Assembly: GCA_965200315.1 (NCBI GenBank)
Contig: OZ241362.1
Span: 3,040,001-3,104,000, forward strand
Length of the DNA stretch: 64,000 nt
From: Candidatus Latescibacterota bacterium
GTDB taxonomy: Bacteria; Latescibacterota; UBA2968; UBA8231
Direction: 5' to 3'
Below, piece by piece: positions 50,481 to 62,671 of the stretch. The position numbers and the translations under genes were made by a program. Positions within the stretch are counted from its first letter, which is position 1. Each line of letters begins with the position of its first letter. The notes under the pieces were generated by a model. The model ran no database searches, was not told the DNA's origin, and worked only from the letters and a program-made list of their open reading frames with translations.

Positions 50481-51701
50481 TTACGTCCTCCAGAAAGTGG
50501 ATTCTTCAGTGGCTTGATAGGCGATGTTTAGATGGGGCGTTGCTATTTGGGCCTGATCTTGCTGAAGGCTATCGACGCCGGCGATGACCAAACCCGAAGT
50601 GAGCAGAGTGCGTTCGACCGGATAGGTGGCTTTGCCGGTTAGGAACATCTGCTCAATGTTGTTGACCAGCGGGCTGAAGAAGTTGGCCAGCGTGGTGCGG
50701 GCCGGGGGCATGGGCAAGTACATCTGGGTCGAGAGCGGCTCGTTCTGCCCCGTGAGCCGGGCGGCAAAGTTGAAATCCTGAACTAGTCCGTTCATCAGCA
50801 TCATGGTCGAGCGGAGGCCGTCGGTGTGCTCGTACTGGTAGGCGACAGGGCTCTCGACTAGGTGCTTGAGCTCGTCGATGGTGGGGAAGGGGTTGTTGAA
50901 CCCAGGTCTTGCCGGAGTGAGCGTGTGGCTGCGGCAGAGGCAGGCTTCAAAAAGCTCGCGTGACCACGCGCCCGCGGCGTACGCTTGCCAGAAGGCATCG
51001 TCGCGGTAGGCCCGGAGCCATTTGACGCCCGTTTCGCCGCCCTTTCTGCGCTCGACCATGCACTGCAAGGTCTCCAAGCCGTGGAAGTCGTAGCTATCGA
51101 CGCCGCCATAGCAGACGCAGACCGCTTCTTCGACCTCGGCACCAAGGGGCATGTCGAGCGAGGGGGTGCGCCAAGTAACGGGCAACGAAGAGCCGGCCAT
51201 AAAGGCGAAATCGAGCTCTTGCGAAACATCGTACATCTCTTGGCACCAGTCCCAGTTCCAAGAGAGATGCTTGTCGTTGAACACGGGTGCGCTCTTGCCG
51301 GTCGTGCGATAGACCGAGACGATCTGTTTGAACAGCTCGTAGCGCGGATAGAGGTGCTGGCCCTTTTCATTGTGCTCGTAGGTGCCGTGCTCACCAACGA
51401 GCAGGACGCCATCGACAGCCAAATCGGCCCCACCCAGCGTCAGGGCGTCGGCGACGGTGGGGTAGATCGCCATGTGGGGGGCAGTCCGTCCGCAGCCTTG
51501 CGGACGCAAGCGGGCCGCCCGGTCTTGGCTCAGGTCGCCTTCGGGACGCTGATCCACGTACAGCGAGACCAGATCCATGGGCGGGCGGTGGTGTCGGCTG
51601 TTCCAGCCGTAGCCTTCGAGGAAGCGGTCGCAGATGTGCTGGGCGTGGGAATACTTGCGGTACTCGGTGACGATGCCGGCGATTCTGGGGCGGTCGGCCA
51701 T
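50481..51701 (-). CDS. Conserved hypothetical protein (Rossmann-like), paralog of previous gene
   Basis: Same motif series as 49115-50479. Confidence 0.8.
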   Translation of the reverse strand: MADRPRIAGIVTEYRKYSHAQHICDRFLEGYGWNSRHHRPPMDLVSLYVDQRPEGDLSQDRAARLRPQGCGRTAPHMAIYPTVADALTLGGADLAVDGVLLVGEHGTYEHNEKGQHLYPRYELFKQIVSVYRTTGKSAPVFNDKHLSWNWDWCQEMYDVSQELDFAFMAGSSLPVTWRTPSLDMPLGAEVEEAVCVCYGGVDSYDFHGLETLQCMVERRKGGETGVKWLRAYRDDAFWQAYAAGAWSRELFEACLCRSHTLTPARPGFNNPFPTIDELKHLVESPVAYQYEHTDGLRSTMMLMNGLVQDFNFAARLTGQNEPLSTQMYLPMPPARTTLANFFSPLVNNIEQMFLTGKATYPVERTLLTSGLVIAGVDSLQQDQAQIATPHLNIAYQATEESTFWRT

Positions 51702-51866
51702 GATGGTGGTCTCTCGACAGGGGGCGGTATTAACGGGTTTGGAGAGGGAAGGTAGGAGAAGGGAGTGGGGGGAGCAAGCTCGACGCAATGCCTCCCAGCC
51801 GGCGGCAACCCGGGCGTATCGTATATCGTATATTGTCATGCACTCACTCAATACCGAGAGGCAACC

Positions 51867-53114
51867 ATGCAGACGATCACTGTATCGCGCAACGACGAAA
51901 TCTACGAGGCCTTCGCCGATGTGGCCCAAGCGGCCGACGGTACCCTAGTATGCACGTACCGCGAGAGCATGGGACACAGTTCGCGTCCCTTTTCTCGCAT
52001 AATCGTGCGCCGCAGCTTCGACCGCGGCTTGACCTGGATCCCGCGCCAAGTGGTGGTGGCGCGCACCGAGGAGGAAACCGCCCAAGGGCTAGGAAGGCTC
52101 AACTGCTCGCGCATCGCCGCCGGCCGCGACGGAACTTTGCTACTCATCGTTGACTTGCTGCTCAAGGATACCTTTGAAGAATACCTAGAGCCGGGCACCT
52201 GCATGAACCTCCTGTTGCGCAGCCGCGACAACGGAGCCACCTGGGAGGGGCCGGAGGAGACCGGCATGACCGAGGGCATCGTCCCCTCCATCAAGGAACT
52301 GTCCAACGGCGACCTAATCGTCGGCCTCACCGAACAGTGGCCCGGCCAACGGGGAACCGAGGATTTCGTGGAAGTGCAGACATGCTATCTGTCCGCCGAC
52401 CGAGCCCAGACTTGGGAAGGCCCTTTCAAGGTGCCCGACCCCGAAGGTTCGCCCTGCACCGGGGGGCCTTGGCGTTTGAACGAGGGGGATTTTGCCGAAA
52501 TGGACGACGGCACTTTGGTGCTCTATATGCGCGAGGACGGCGAGGGACTGAGTGGCTGGAAGAGCTTTTCCGGCGACGGCGGTCGGACGTGGTCAACGCC
52601 GGTGCGCACTCAGATGATGCGCTGTCTGGGTCGCCCCTCGGTGGGTCGCCTGCGCTCAGGGGAGGTGGCTATTACCTATCGGGTCGCCTGCGGTCTTTCT
52701 ACTTCCCTCGGACTCTATGTAGAGACCGCGGCGGAGGCTTTGCGCGGCTCCCCCATTCGGGCGGGTGCTCCAGCCGACCCCGAGCAATACCAAGGCGAAA
52801 CCGAGGCTCGCTTCGCCTTTTTGGACAATGATCGTGCTCTGTCGGCCGACAGCGGCTATTCGGGCTGGGTGCAACTACCCGACGGGACGCTCTACATGGT
52901 CAATTACATCACCGATGACGCGCCCCGTGCCCACATTCGCGGCTATGTAGTGGGCCGCGATGACTGGTATCTCTTTCCCGAGGGGGCGATATGCGCCAAC
53001 CATCCCTTGTCGAACAATCCCCACTACTACGACAAGGCCCAGCAAATGGCCCTTGAACAGCAACGCTGGGTTGACGAGCAAAATTGGTCGCGCCGCGTAC
53101 CGACGCAGAAATAG
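51867..53114 (+). CDS. Sialidase/BNR-repeat protein
   Basis: Asp boxes SFDRGLTW, SRDNGATW, SADRAQTW, SGDGGRTW; DSGYS. Confidence 0.88.
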   Translation: MQTITVSRNDEIYEAFADVAQAADGTLVCTYRESMGHSSRPFSRIIVRRSFDRGLTWIPRQVVVARTEEETAQGLGRLNCSRIAAGRDGTLLLIVDLLLKDTFEEYLEPGTCMNLLLRSRDNGATWEGPEETGMTEGIVPSIKELSNGDLIVGLTEQWPGQRGTEDFVEVQTCYLSADRAQTWEGPFKVPDPEGSPCTGGPWRLNEGDFAEMDDGTLVLYMREDGEGLSGWKSFSGDGGRTWSTPVRTQMMRCLGRPSVGRLRSGEVAITYRVACGLSTSLGLYVETAAEALRGSPIRAGAPADPEQYQGETEARFAFLDNDRALSADSGYSGWVQLPDGTLYMVNYITDDAPRAHIRGYVVGRDDWYLFPEGAICANHPLSNNPHYYDKAQQMALEQQRWVDEQNWSRRVPTQK

Positions 53115-53117
53115 ACC

Positions 53118-54089
53118 CTATCCGGCCCGTTCGAGAGCGGTCAGATCAAACGGATTGGACCACGCCTTGTGGCCGCGCTCGTCGATGATCTCAAAGCGCA
53201 CCCAGCGGACATTGGCCCTGAGCGCAAAGGTCGCGGTCTCAAAGAGGGCACCGTGCTGATGATACTCGGTGCCGAAAAGATCGGACACCGCGGCGATGCG
53301 CCGCGCCGGCGAGCAGGACACCGTGGCTTCGACTTGGGTGCGCTCGTCGCCCTCGCGGTCGGTGCGGCGGAGCTGGATGTCGTGGATTGTGGGGCCGGTG
53401 CTGCCGTACGATGCGCCTGCGACTAGAGCGGCGACGACTGCGTCGGCGGTGCGCTCTTTGACGCGAACCCAAGTCCATCCTTGGTACGTGTCGCGCTGGT
53501 CGGCTTCGAGGGCGTGCGAATCGTCGTTGGCCAGCGCCGGGTAGAGGCGATTCTCCAACTCCATCCAGTCGTCCCAATGTACGCTCGACTCGCCGCGTCC
53601 GGCGCAGCGGCAAGTGGTGTTGAAGACCTCGATGCCGGCGAACCCTGTGAGCGGTAGCGCGTCGCGCAGGATATTGACCGAACTCCAATGAGGGTGAGCT
53701 AGCCAGACAGCACCGCCTTGCCGTCGGACCTCGTCGATGACGTGCTGGGGGGGCATCTTCGCCGCGTCCATGTCCTCGTGGATATTGATACAGACGAAGT
53801 GGTGCCGCTGGCCGCCGAAGGGATTGTCCGGGTGCAGTTCGGCCCCTTGGATGAGCACGAAGTCGCTTGGAGCCTGCACGGTATGGGTAAAGGTGATTTT
53901 GTGGTGGTCGGACAGGCAGAGGAAGTCGTAGCCTTGGCCGACATAGCCGTCGAGCCGCTCTTGCGGCGCGGCCTTGCCGTCGGAATTGGTCGTGTGCGAG
54001 TGGAGGTTGCCCTTGAGCCAGATGTAGCCGTCGTCCTCGCTGAGGGAAAATGGGTTGGTCAGTGTGCCCTTGGGTGCGTTGTCCGACAT
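53118..54089 (-). CDS. PHP-domain (CehA/McbA-like) metallohydrolase
   Basis: KGNLHSHTTNSDG, SDHH, AHPHW, IEVFN, NDDSH. Confidence 0.88.
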   Translation of the reverse strand: MSDNAPKGTLTNPFSLSEDDGYIWLKGNLHSHTTNSDGKAAPQERLDGYVGQGYDFLCLSDHHKITFTHTVQAPSDFVLIQGAELHPDNPFGGQRHHFVCINIHEDMDAAKMPPQHVIDEVRRQGGAVWLAHPHWSSVNILRDALPLTGFAGIEVFNTTCRCAGRGESSVHWDDWMELENRLYPALANDDSHALEADQRDTYQGWTWVRVKERTADAVVAALVAGASYGSTGPTIHDIQLRRTDREGDERTQVEATVSCSPARRIAAVSDLFGTEYHQHGALFETATFALRANVRWVRFEIIDERGHKAWSNPFDLTALERAG

Positions 54090-54249
54090 TTTGGTCCTTT
54101 CTCTGGGAGGGGGTCGTGTGTCAGCGTTGAAGGCATAGTATAGAGCGGCTCTCTTAGGGGAGCAATGGTGCTTATGAGTTAGCGGCGAGGGCGGCGATTC
54201 GATGTGGAGAATTTGTAATCCTCTATGCTTTAGACCGCCCCAATCCCAC

Positions 54250-54380
54250 CTGCGAGTGAAGAAGAAGGGGCCGACGTACTTCATGCCGGCGCGTTGGGCG
54301 ACGAAGGCAAAGCTCCATATCAGGGCTATGAGCAGGAGGTCGGCGCGAACTTGGGCGGAGTGCGCCGTAGCAATGTTCAT
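54250..54380 (-). pseudogene. DMT/EamA transporter N-terminal fragment
   Basis: RADLLLIALIWSFAFVAQRAGMKYVGPFFF, then breaks off. Confidence 0.65.
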
Positions 54381-54474
54381 ATAGCAACCCCAAATCATTC
54401 ATGAAGTTATCCGCAGATAGACGCAGAATATCCATAGATATTTACGAGAGGATCAACAGCGCAAATCTGCTATA
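54380..54474. mobile_element. MITE-like element
   Basis: TATAGCAACCCCAAATCATTCA...CTGCTATA; internal CCGCAGAT..CGCAG shared with 25416 and 62593. Confidence 0.65.
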
Positions 54475-55293
54475 TCAGCGCCTGACAGGCAGTGGTCGGC
54501 CTGCGTATTTTTGCGCCAGCGCGTAGATCAAAAGGTTGGTGCCGAACTGCAAGCTGCGGCTGCGGCCTTCGGCGTCGAGGTTGCCCCAGAACCAGCTAAT
54601 GTTGAGGTCGCTGAAGATAACGGCGGTCCGTCCTTTGAGTTCTATAGCTTCCAAGGCGAAGACGTTGCCCCGGTTCGTGCCGCTTAGAGGCGGGCCATCG
54701 GGGAAGTCGAAATAGACCGAATACAGGGGGTCGCTCTTGGGTAATTTGCGCCAGCGTGCTCCGTCGTTGCCGAGGACTTGCGGGTCTTTGAGCAGGGCCT
54801 TGAACTGCCGGTCGAAGGGGGTGCCGGCTACGCCAGCCTCTCTGCGTAAATTCGCATCTAAGGGCAAAATATCCTCGGCAAAGAGCAGACCGCCGCTCTG
54901 TAGGTAGTGGGCGAGGTTTTTCTTTTCGGTGTCGCTTATCTGCATGACGCAGTCGAAGCCGGTCATGTAGAGCAGCAGCGCGTCCGCAATTTTCGGATCG
55001 TCGAGCGCGAGGGTGCGCGAGTGCAACGGCACTTTGAGTTGGGTCGATACGTGGGTGAACGTCACCAGTTCCTGCACGGCCAGCGAGAGGTAGTCGCGCT
55101 CCTTGACCGCGTTGTCGTAGTTCACTTGGACGATGGTCAAGGGGCCGCCCGGTGTCGGCATCACGCGCTGGCGTTCGGGTTGGGGAATTGATAGGGGCGG
55201 ACGCTCGTCTTGGGTTAGGGCCGGGGCGGCGAGCAGTAATGTAAGAACGAGACTTGTGCTCAACCGGCGGGCGCAGTGGTGGATGGTGTTCAT
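54475..55293 (-). CDS. DUF4159 domain secreted protein
   Basis: Signal peptide, LYMTG, YLQSGGLLFAED, FGTNLLIYAL. Confidence 0.8.
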   Translation of the reverse strand: MNTIHHCARRLSTSLVLTLLLAAPALTQDERPPLSIPQPERQRVMPTPGGPLTIVQVNYDNAVKERDYLSLAVQELVTFTHVSTQLKVPLHSRTLALDDPKIADALLLYMTGFDCVMQISDTEKKNLAHYLQSGGLLFAEDILPLDANLRREAGVAGTPFDRQFKALLKDPQVLGNDGARWRKLPKSDPLYSVYFDFPDGPPLSGTNRGNVFALEAIELKGRTAVIFSDLNISWFWGNLDAEGRSRSLQFGTNLLIYALAQKYAGRPLPVRR

Positions 55294-55312
55294 ATCGCGC
55301 CGTGGCGACAGG

Positions 55313-56293
55313 TCACGCGCCGAGCTTGTTGACCACTTGGATGAGGGCCTGTATAAAGCCCACGCAATGGGCACGTCCCCGGTGCCCCCAAGGCGAGTCA
55401 TCGACAATATGGGGCACGTGATCGGTTATCATAAAGCCGTCGAAACCAACCGCCTTGAGTGCCTTGACCACCTCAAAAGTATCGACTTGGCCGCAGTCGA
55501 TAAAGGTCTCGTGGAAGTCCTCCACCGGCCCGATGACGTCGCGAAAGTGGATGTAGATGATTTTCTTTTGCCCGCCGAAGTGGCGGACGGCGCGGATAAC
55601 GCTGTCGTGGCCGCCCATCTCCGACCAGCACCCCATGCAGAAATCGAGGCCGTGATGCGGGCTGTCGAAGGTGTCCATGTTGCGCTTGAAGTCGTCGAAA
55701 GAACTGCATATCCGCGCTATGCCGCCGAGAGTCGTGCCGGTGGGCGGGTCGTCTGGGTGTAGGGCTAGACGCACATTGGCTTCCTCGGCTATGGGCAAAA
55801 TGCGCTCCAAATACCAGCAGTAGTTTTCCCACATCTCCTCGTGGGTGAAGACGCGGCCATGGGTCAGCTCATCGGGGTCGTGCTCGGCGAGGGCAAAGCG
55901 AGTGGCACGGGCCCCGCCGCGCAAGGTGGCTGGCTCGGGCGTGCGCCAGACGCTGTTGGGGATCCAGTGGTAGCCTAAGATCGGGATGCCGGCTTTGCCC
56001 ATGTTGCACACGGTGGTGATCATGTGCTGGAGCTGTTCTTCGCGGCCGCTTTGGCCGAGCATGATCTGGTCGTAGAACGATGTAGGCACGTTTTCCAGTG
56101 CCATCAGCCGCAGTTCGGCGTCATCCGCCCGCTTTTTGATGGCGGCCAAGTCCTCGTATTCCCATTGCTTGTCGCCGGGGAGCTTGGGGGTGTTCATCAA
56201 AAAGTCGTCGCAGCCTATTTGCTTGATAAAGGCGAGCTTTTCGTCGGTGAGTTCGTTGAACTGACCCAGACCCACGCGCATTTGCAGGGACAT
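55313..56293 (-). CDS. uxuA: Mannonate dehydratase family protein
   Basis: NMGKAGIPILGYHW, LALHPDDPP, IHFRDV, FIDCG, DHVP. Confidence 0.88.
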   Translation of the reverse strand: MSLQMRVGLGQFNELTDEKLAFIKQIGCDDFLMNTPKLPGDKQWEYEDLAAIKKRADDAELRLMALENVPTSFYDQIMLGQSGREEQLQHMITTVCNMGKAGIPILGYHWIPNSVWRTPEPATLRGGARATRFALAEHDPDELTHGRVFTHEEMWENYCWYLERILPIAEEANVRLALHPDDPPTGTTLGGIARICSSFDDFKRNMDTFDSPHHGLDFCMGCWSEMGGHDSVIRAVRHFGGQKKIIYIHFRDVIGPVEDFHETFIDCGQVDTFEVVKALKAVGFDGFMITDHVPHIVDDSPWGHRGRAHCVGFIQALIQVVNKLGA

Positions 56294-56354
56294 AAGTAGC
56301 CTCCAGAGGTAAGGGTTTGCAGAGCGGGAAATTTGCCGAAGCCGCCGGAGCGGG

Positions 56355-57269
56355 TCAAGCGCGACGGCCGACGCCGGCTCCGGTGGGGACGTGTATCTCT
56401 AGGCCGGCCTCAGAGTCGGCGACTAGGTCGCTGTCAAAGGCAATCGCCCCCGGCTCGAAAAGCAGCACGACGGTTGAGCCGCCGAATTGGAAAAAGCCCT
56501 TTTCTTGGCCGCGCTCGCAAGGCCCTAACGAGTACGTCTGGACGATGCTGGCGACGTTGATAGCACCCACCTCAATGTAGGCTATCCTGCCGAAGATGGG
56601 CGTAGTCAGCTCGCAGACGGAGCGCCGGTTGCGGTGGAAAACGTCGGGTACGCGGGCGAGGGCGATGGGGTTGACCGAGTGGTAGGTGCCGTTGATCCAC
56701 TCGGTTTGACCCGCTTGGCCGTCGGCTGGGAAGTGGAAGCGGTGATAGTCGTAGGGGGCGAGGCGCACGACGAGGGCACCGCCGCCGTGGTATGGGGTGG
56801 GGTCGATTGCTTCGGCTAGGAGTTCGCGGACCGAGAGCCGGCTGCTTTTGACCGGCAGCTCATCCTCGGCTGCGAGCTGCGGATAGACGAGCACTTTGCC
56901 ATCGGCGGGGCAACAGAGACGCTCGGGGTCGAGGTCGCAGGGTCTAGCTCCGGGTTTGAGGCGGCGAATAAAGAAGTCGTTGAAGCTGGCATAGTGGCTG
57001 AGGGGGTATTCGATTTCGTCGAGGTCAATGCGGTATCGCTCGACAAATGGGCGGATTTGACGCCGAGTCCAAGGGCTTTGTTTCCACCAACCGTAGAGGC
57101 GGGAGCAAAGAGGCCTGTTGAAGACGGCGCGAAAAACGAGATGCCCGGTGTTTGTGCCGTAAAACCAGCGGAGGAGCCCCTGCCCCGGAACGTGTTCGAC
57201 GACGATAGACCCGGTGTGGCGGTCGCGGTAGCGGGTTGGCGTGGGGGCTGTGGCTCGACGGAAGGGCAT
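56355..57269 (-). CDS. psd: Phosphatidylserine decarboxylase
   Basis: SFNDFFIRRLK, RLAPYDYHRFHFP, SVNPIA, FQFGGST. Confidence 0.93.
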   Translation of the reverse strand: MPFRRATAPTPTRYRDRHTGSIVVEHVPGQGLLRWFYGTNTGHLVFRAVFNRPLCSRLYGWWKQSPWTRRQIRPFVERYRIDLDEIEYPLSHYASFNDFFIRRLKPGARPCDLDPERLCCPADGKVLVYPQLAAEDELPVKSSRLSVRELLAEAIDPTPYHGGGALVVRLAPYDYHRFHFPADGQAGQTEWINGTYHSVNPIALARVPDVFHRNRRSVCELTTPIFGRIAYIEVGAINVASIVQTYSLGPCERGQEKGFFQFGGSTVVLLFEPGAIAFDSDLVADSEAGLEIHVPTGAGVGRRA

Positions 57270-57419
57270 GTGTAAGAAAAAGAAAATGGGTGGAAAACGC
57301 GCAAGATGTGAAGTGAGAAGATGGGTAGCTACTGAGATAGACTGCTGAGACGGGACCGAGTTAAGCTAGCACCATCATTAGGACAAGTGCCGGGCGTGAG
57401 ACTTGGTCAGGGCGTGGTC

Positions 57420-57592
57420 GCCTAGCTCTTTGATAATGTTGTTGAGTTCTCCTTCTGAAGCCAGCCAGCATAGTAGATGACAATGTTGCGCCTAGTAATC
57501 TCGGAAACTTCTTTGAGATAGCGACGGCGGATAACATCGTGCATGCCTTCGGCGGCCTTGATTTCGTCGAGGAGTTGGTTCCAGTTAGGCAT
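57420..57592 (-). pseudogene. SDH/ClpP-class (S49-like) serine peptidase N-terminal fragment
   Basis: MPNWNQLLDEIK..HDVIRRRYLKEVSEITRRNIVIYYAGWLQK, then stop. Confidence 0.55.
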
Positions 57593-57788
57593 CGCCAGCC
57601 TTTGCGGTGTTGTTTTGAGTGTCCGTTGGCTCGTGTCGGCGGGCCTCCTTCTCCAGGCTCTGGCCGATGGTCCCTAAGTCGGCTAGCCGTTGAAAGCGAC
57701 TTCTTTCCTCCGCAGTCTCCAAACCAAGGTGCCGGAATACCTCGCATCTATCGTTCATTGTATGTCCTCCTTGTATCAGAGTAATTAG

Positions 57789-60700
57789 TCATTCGGCCAC
57801 GCTCGGCAGCAAATTCTCCTCCACCTTCAAATACAAACCATCCATCCGTTTCTGAAGCATCAGCGTCAGCCCAACAGCCGTCGCCAGCCTGCAATAGGTG
57901 CGGATGTCGTCGAGTTCGAGATGTCGTTCTTTGCGGTCTTTCAACCACTTATCGCAGACTTGGTAGCCGCCGACCTGATATTCGTAGACTTCCGGGGGAA
58001 CAGGACCGAAGTATTGCGTCTTGTTGATATACATACGCTGTTCCTCGGCGTCATAATGAAAGCCCTGCGCCTTCGTCCGTGCAACAATCGCGTCGCCTTG
58101 GCCCTCGAAGCGGCAGGCCGGCGGATCGAGGGCCGGAGACTTGAGAAGATGCAGGTCGGCCAATCGAGTGCCGAGAGCCGCGATGTTGGCAAATAGTTTC
58201 CGGCCTCCTGTAAACGGAATACGCGGGAAGTCGGTCCGCAGAAACTCGGCGTATTTCTCGCGGTAGGTCGGGGCATGAAGAATGGCGTAGATGTAGTGGA
58301 AAATTTCTTCGGGCGAGGGAGCTTGACCGTGCGCCTCGGTTAGAGCCGCGACCCACTCTGGATTCAAATTCGGTTGGCGTTCGGACGCCTCGTGGCGAGC
58401 GAAGAGGTCGGCGCGGTCGGCGGTGGGATAGAGGTAGAGGGGGAAGTTCGCGTTTCCGCCGCGATAGAACAGGTTGAGATCCTCTATTCTCTGCGAGCAG
58501 TAAATCAAATTCCATTCACCAGCACCGACAACATGCCCTTGGCGTCCAACACACAGTGCCAAATTATCCCCGGCCAGTATATGGCGCATAACCTCGGAGC
58601 GGGGCATACATAAGAATCCCCGCGACCATCCCGTATAATAAGTGTAACGTATGTCAAAAGGCCGATACAGAATTGGAACCACATTTTCTTTGGTAGGGCC
58701 GGAAGCCAGCAAATCTCTCTGTGCCATCGTTACCTTCCAATCTCGCGAATCTTCGCCGAGTTCATACGCCTGCCGGGCCAGTTCCGGCTCCATCCCCGAA
58801 AAAGTACGCACCGTATCCCACGCCTCTTGCTTTGACCAGCGAATCGCCAAGTGGTCGCGTGCGGTGACGATGCCGACGCTGTTGACCGGAAATACATCGG
58901 GAATGGAAGTGAACCGGCCATACTCGGCTTCGAGCACATCATCACGCGGCACGAATATATAGAACGGCGAGACCGGGTTTGTTGCCATTCAGTGCTATTC
59001 AAATCATGGTCGGCCAGCCAGTCGTACTTGCTCTCACGAGTTCCATATAATCCGGCGTGATGGACGCGAGCATCGCGCTCTTGTTTGTTGTCGCGCTTGA
59101 CGAAAAAGGCGATGGCTACGCCTTGGCGAATGTCAAACACATTCTCGTCTTTGCTACCGTCCGGGGCGGTTTCCTTTTTTAGCGAATTGCCGTGCAGGTC
59201 TAAGATGTAGATGTCGTCAAAAGTGTGCATCAGGCTACGGCGCATCCCGCGAAAAGTGGGGTTGTCGAGATAGCTATGGTTGGTGATCATCCCGACGACG
59301 CCCCGCCCGGCTTGCTCAATTTTCCACTGGGCAAAACGAAGGAACTTGACGTAATCATCCTGAAGCCACTTAGGGTTCTTTTCGCCGAGTGGGTTGCCAT
59401 CCACCCGCTTGTATTCGTCAATCAACCCCCGTATCCAATCACCCGTATTGCTCGAATGGCCCGAATAGGGCGGATTGCCCAAGATGAGCAGGATCGGCGT
59501 CTGTTTTTTGACCGCGCCGGCCAAGCGGGATTCCTCGGCCAAGGCAGAGAGGCCGGGCAAACGGCTCTGTTCCAATTCCTCCGTGTCGAGCGTATTGGTG
59601 AGATAGAAAGGGACACGCTCGTCGTCGGCGAGACGGTGGCCGAGCTCTTCGAGAAAAAAGCTCATCTTGAGATGGCCGACCGCGTAGGGTGCCATCATCA
59701 ACTCAAGGGCATAGAAGTTTTGCAGAACATGCCGACGGATAAAATCCTCTTTTCCGCCGCTGCCATAGTTGGCCTCAAACTCGGCAACCGCTTCTTGAGC
59801 GGCGCGAGCGACAAAGGTCATGGTGCCGGCCGCCGGATCGAGCAATGTCACACCATCAGAGGCGAGGCCATCGCGCTTGTCGAACTCCGCCTTGAGCAAT
59901 CTGTGCAGGGAGCGCACGATGTAGCCAACGACTGGTTCGGGCGTGTAATACACCCCCCGCCGCTCGCGCTCGTTGGGATCGTATTGCGCCAAGAAGGTCT
60001 CGTAGAAATGCACGATCGGGTCGCTGCCTTTGCCCTCGCGGTAGTAGCGGTCCAGAATGCCGGGCGCGTCGGCCACGGCCAAAACTTCGGCGAGGTCGTC
60101 TACACACCAAGCGAGCGGATCGGGCAGCTCGTCGAGCGAAATAAAGCGGAACAAATCGCGCAGGACGCCGATAGTATGCGGGATGTGGTCGAAAGCAGCG
60201 CGCCGGTTGAAGCCATTGCTGGCCCGAGTGCGGGCGGCGAACAGCCCGTAGGTAATGGTTTGGGCGAACAGATCGGCGAAATTTTCAGGCGTCAGCGAGC
60301 CGATCAGGTACGTCTGGAATGCCTCGAAAAAGCCGGAGAGCCTACCGGGATCCACCCGTTCTTGTTGGAACTGTTCGCCGATTACATCGCGGAGGAGGCG
60401 TGTGCGCTTGGCCAGTTCGACGGCGAGCGATTCGGCAGTAAACGTCTGGGGCAGCGCAAAGTCCAAGAAGCAGTCGAGCAAGGCGCAGAGTTCGTCTTGG
60501 TTTTCGAGCGGGGGCGTGGCGCGCACTGCGTTGAGTATTAGGGGCCGACCCGCCTGTACCACTTGGACGCGCTCGCCGTTTCGGTACAAGCGGAACTCGA
60601 GAAAGTTGGTGAGAATGAGGTTCGGAAACGTAGCGCGATAGCGTTTGAGTTGTTCGGAATTTTCAATACTCTCCAGCCGCTCTTCGGTCGGCTTCTTCGC

Positions 60701-60952
60701 CTCGACATAGCCGATAATCCGGTCCGTCCCGTTCCAGAGGCGGAAGTCCGGGTTGCCGCCCTCGGTGGGCCGGGGAAGCGTAGTGACGTGTACGTCCGTC
60801 TTCCCAGCGGCGATTTCTTTCAGCATGTCCGCCAGTGCCGGGTAGAAGCTCTCCTCCCGTGCGTCGCCTTGGCGGGCCACAGCGGCGAGATTTTTCAAAT
60901 ACGTTAAAAAGATGGTTTTTTGGTTCACGGGGTTCTCCCTGACTTCTTCCAT
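57789..60952 (-). pseudogene. Type IIG/ISP-like restriction-modification enzyme (N6-MTase), frameshifted near 58980
   Basis: PDF..GYVEAK nuclease, GVYYTPEPVV, LDPAAGT, GNPPY, C-terminal DFPRIPF..YQVGGYQV.DKWLKDRK specificity domain. Confidence 0.88.
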
Positions 60953-61079
60953 GTCGGCGTACATTCTAAATGGCAAAACCCAATGGCCATCGGGAAATGA
61001 GGACGCTGGTCTAGTACCTTCTCACGCCCAATGCGATAACTTGACTATACTTTATCACTCTGACAACCAAACAATTTAG

Positions 61080-62566
<1,487 letters not shown>

Positions 62567-62592
62567 AGACCGCGACCTCCGTTTTTCCAATC

Positions 62593-62670
62593 TATAGCAA
62601 GCCTACAGTGCTTACAAGACGATCCGCAGATGGGCGCAGATAGTATGCACGAGACGATCCAATCATTCCG
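62593..62670. repeat. MITE-like repeat copy
   Basis: TATAGCAAGCCTACA..CCGCAGATGGGCGCAG..CACGAGACGATCCA matches the 25416 copy. Confidence 0.65.
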
Positions 62671-62671
62671 A

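Noticed and set aside
53118-54398. DMT-PHP fusion protein
   Set aside because: The PHP gene has its own RBS and start at 54089; the upstream part is a DMT scrap plus non-coding sequence that happens to be in frame.
59225-60541. 438-aa plus-strand ORF
   Set aside because: Antisense shadow of the R-M gene.
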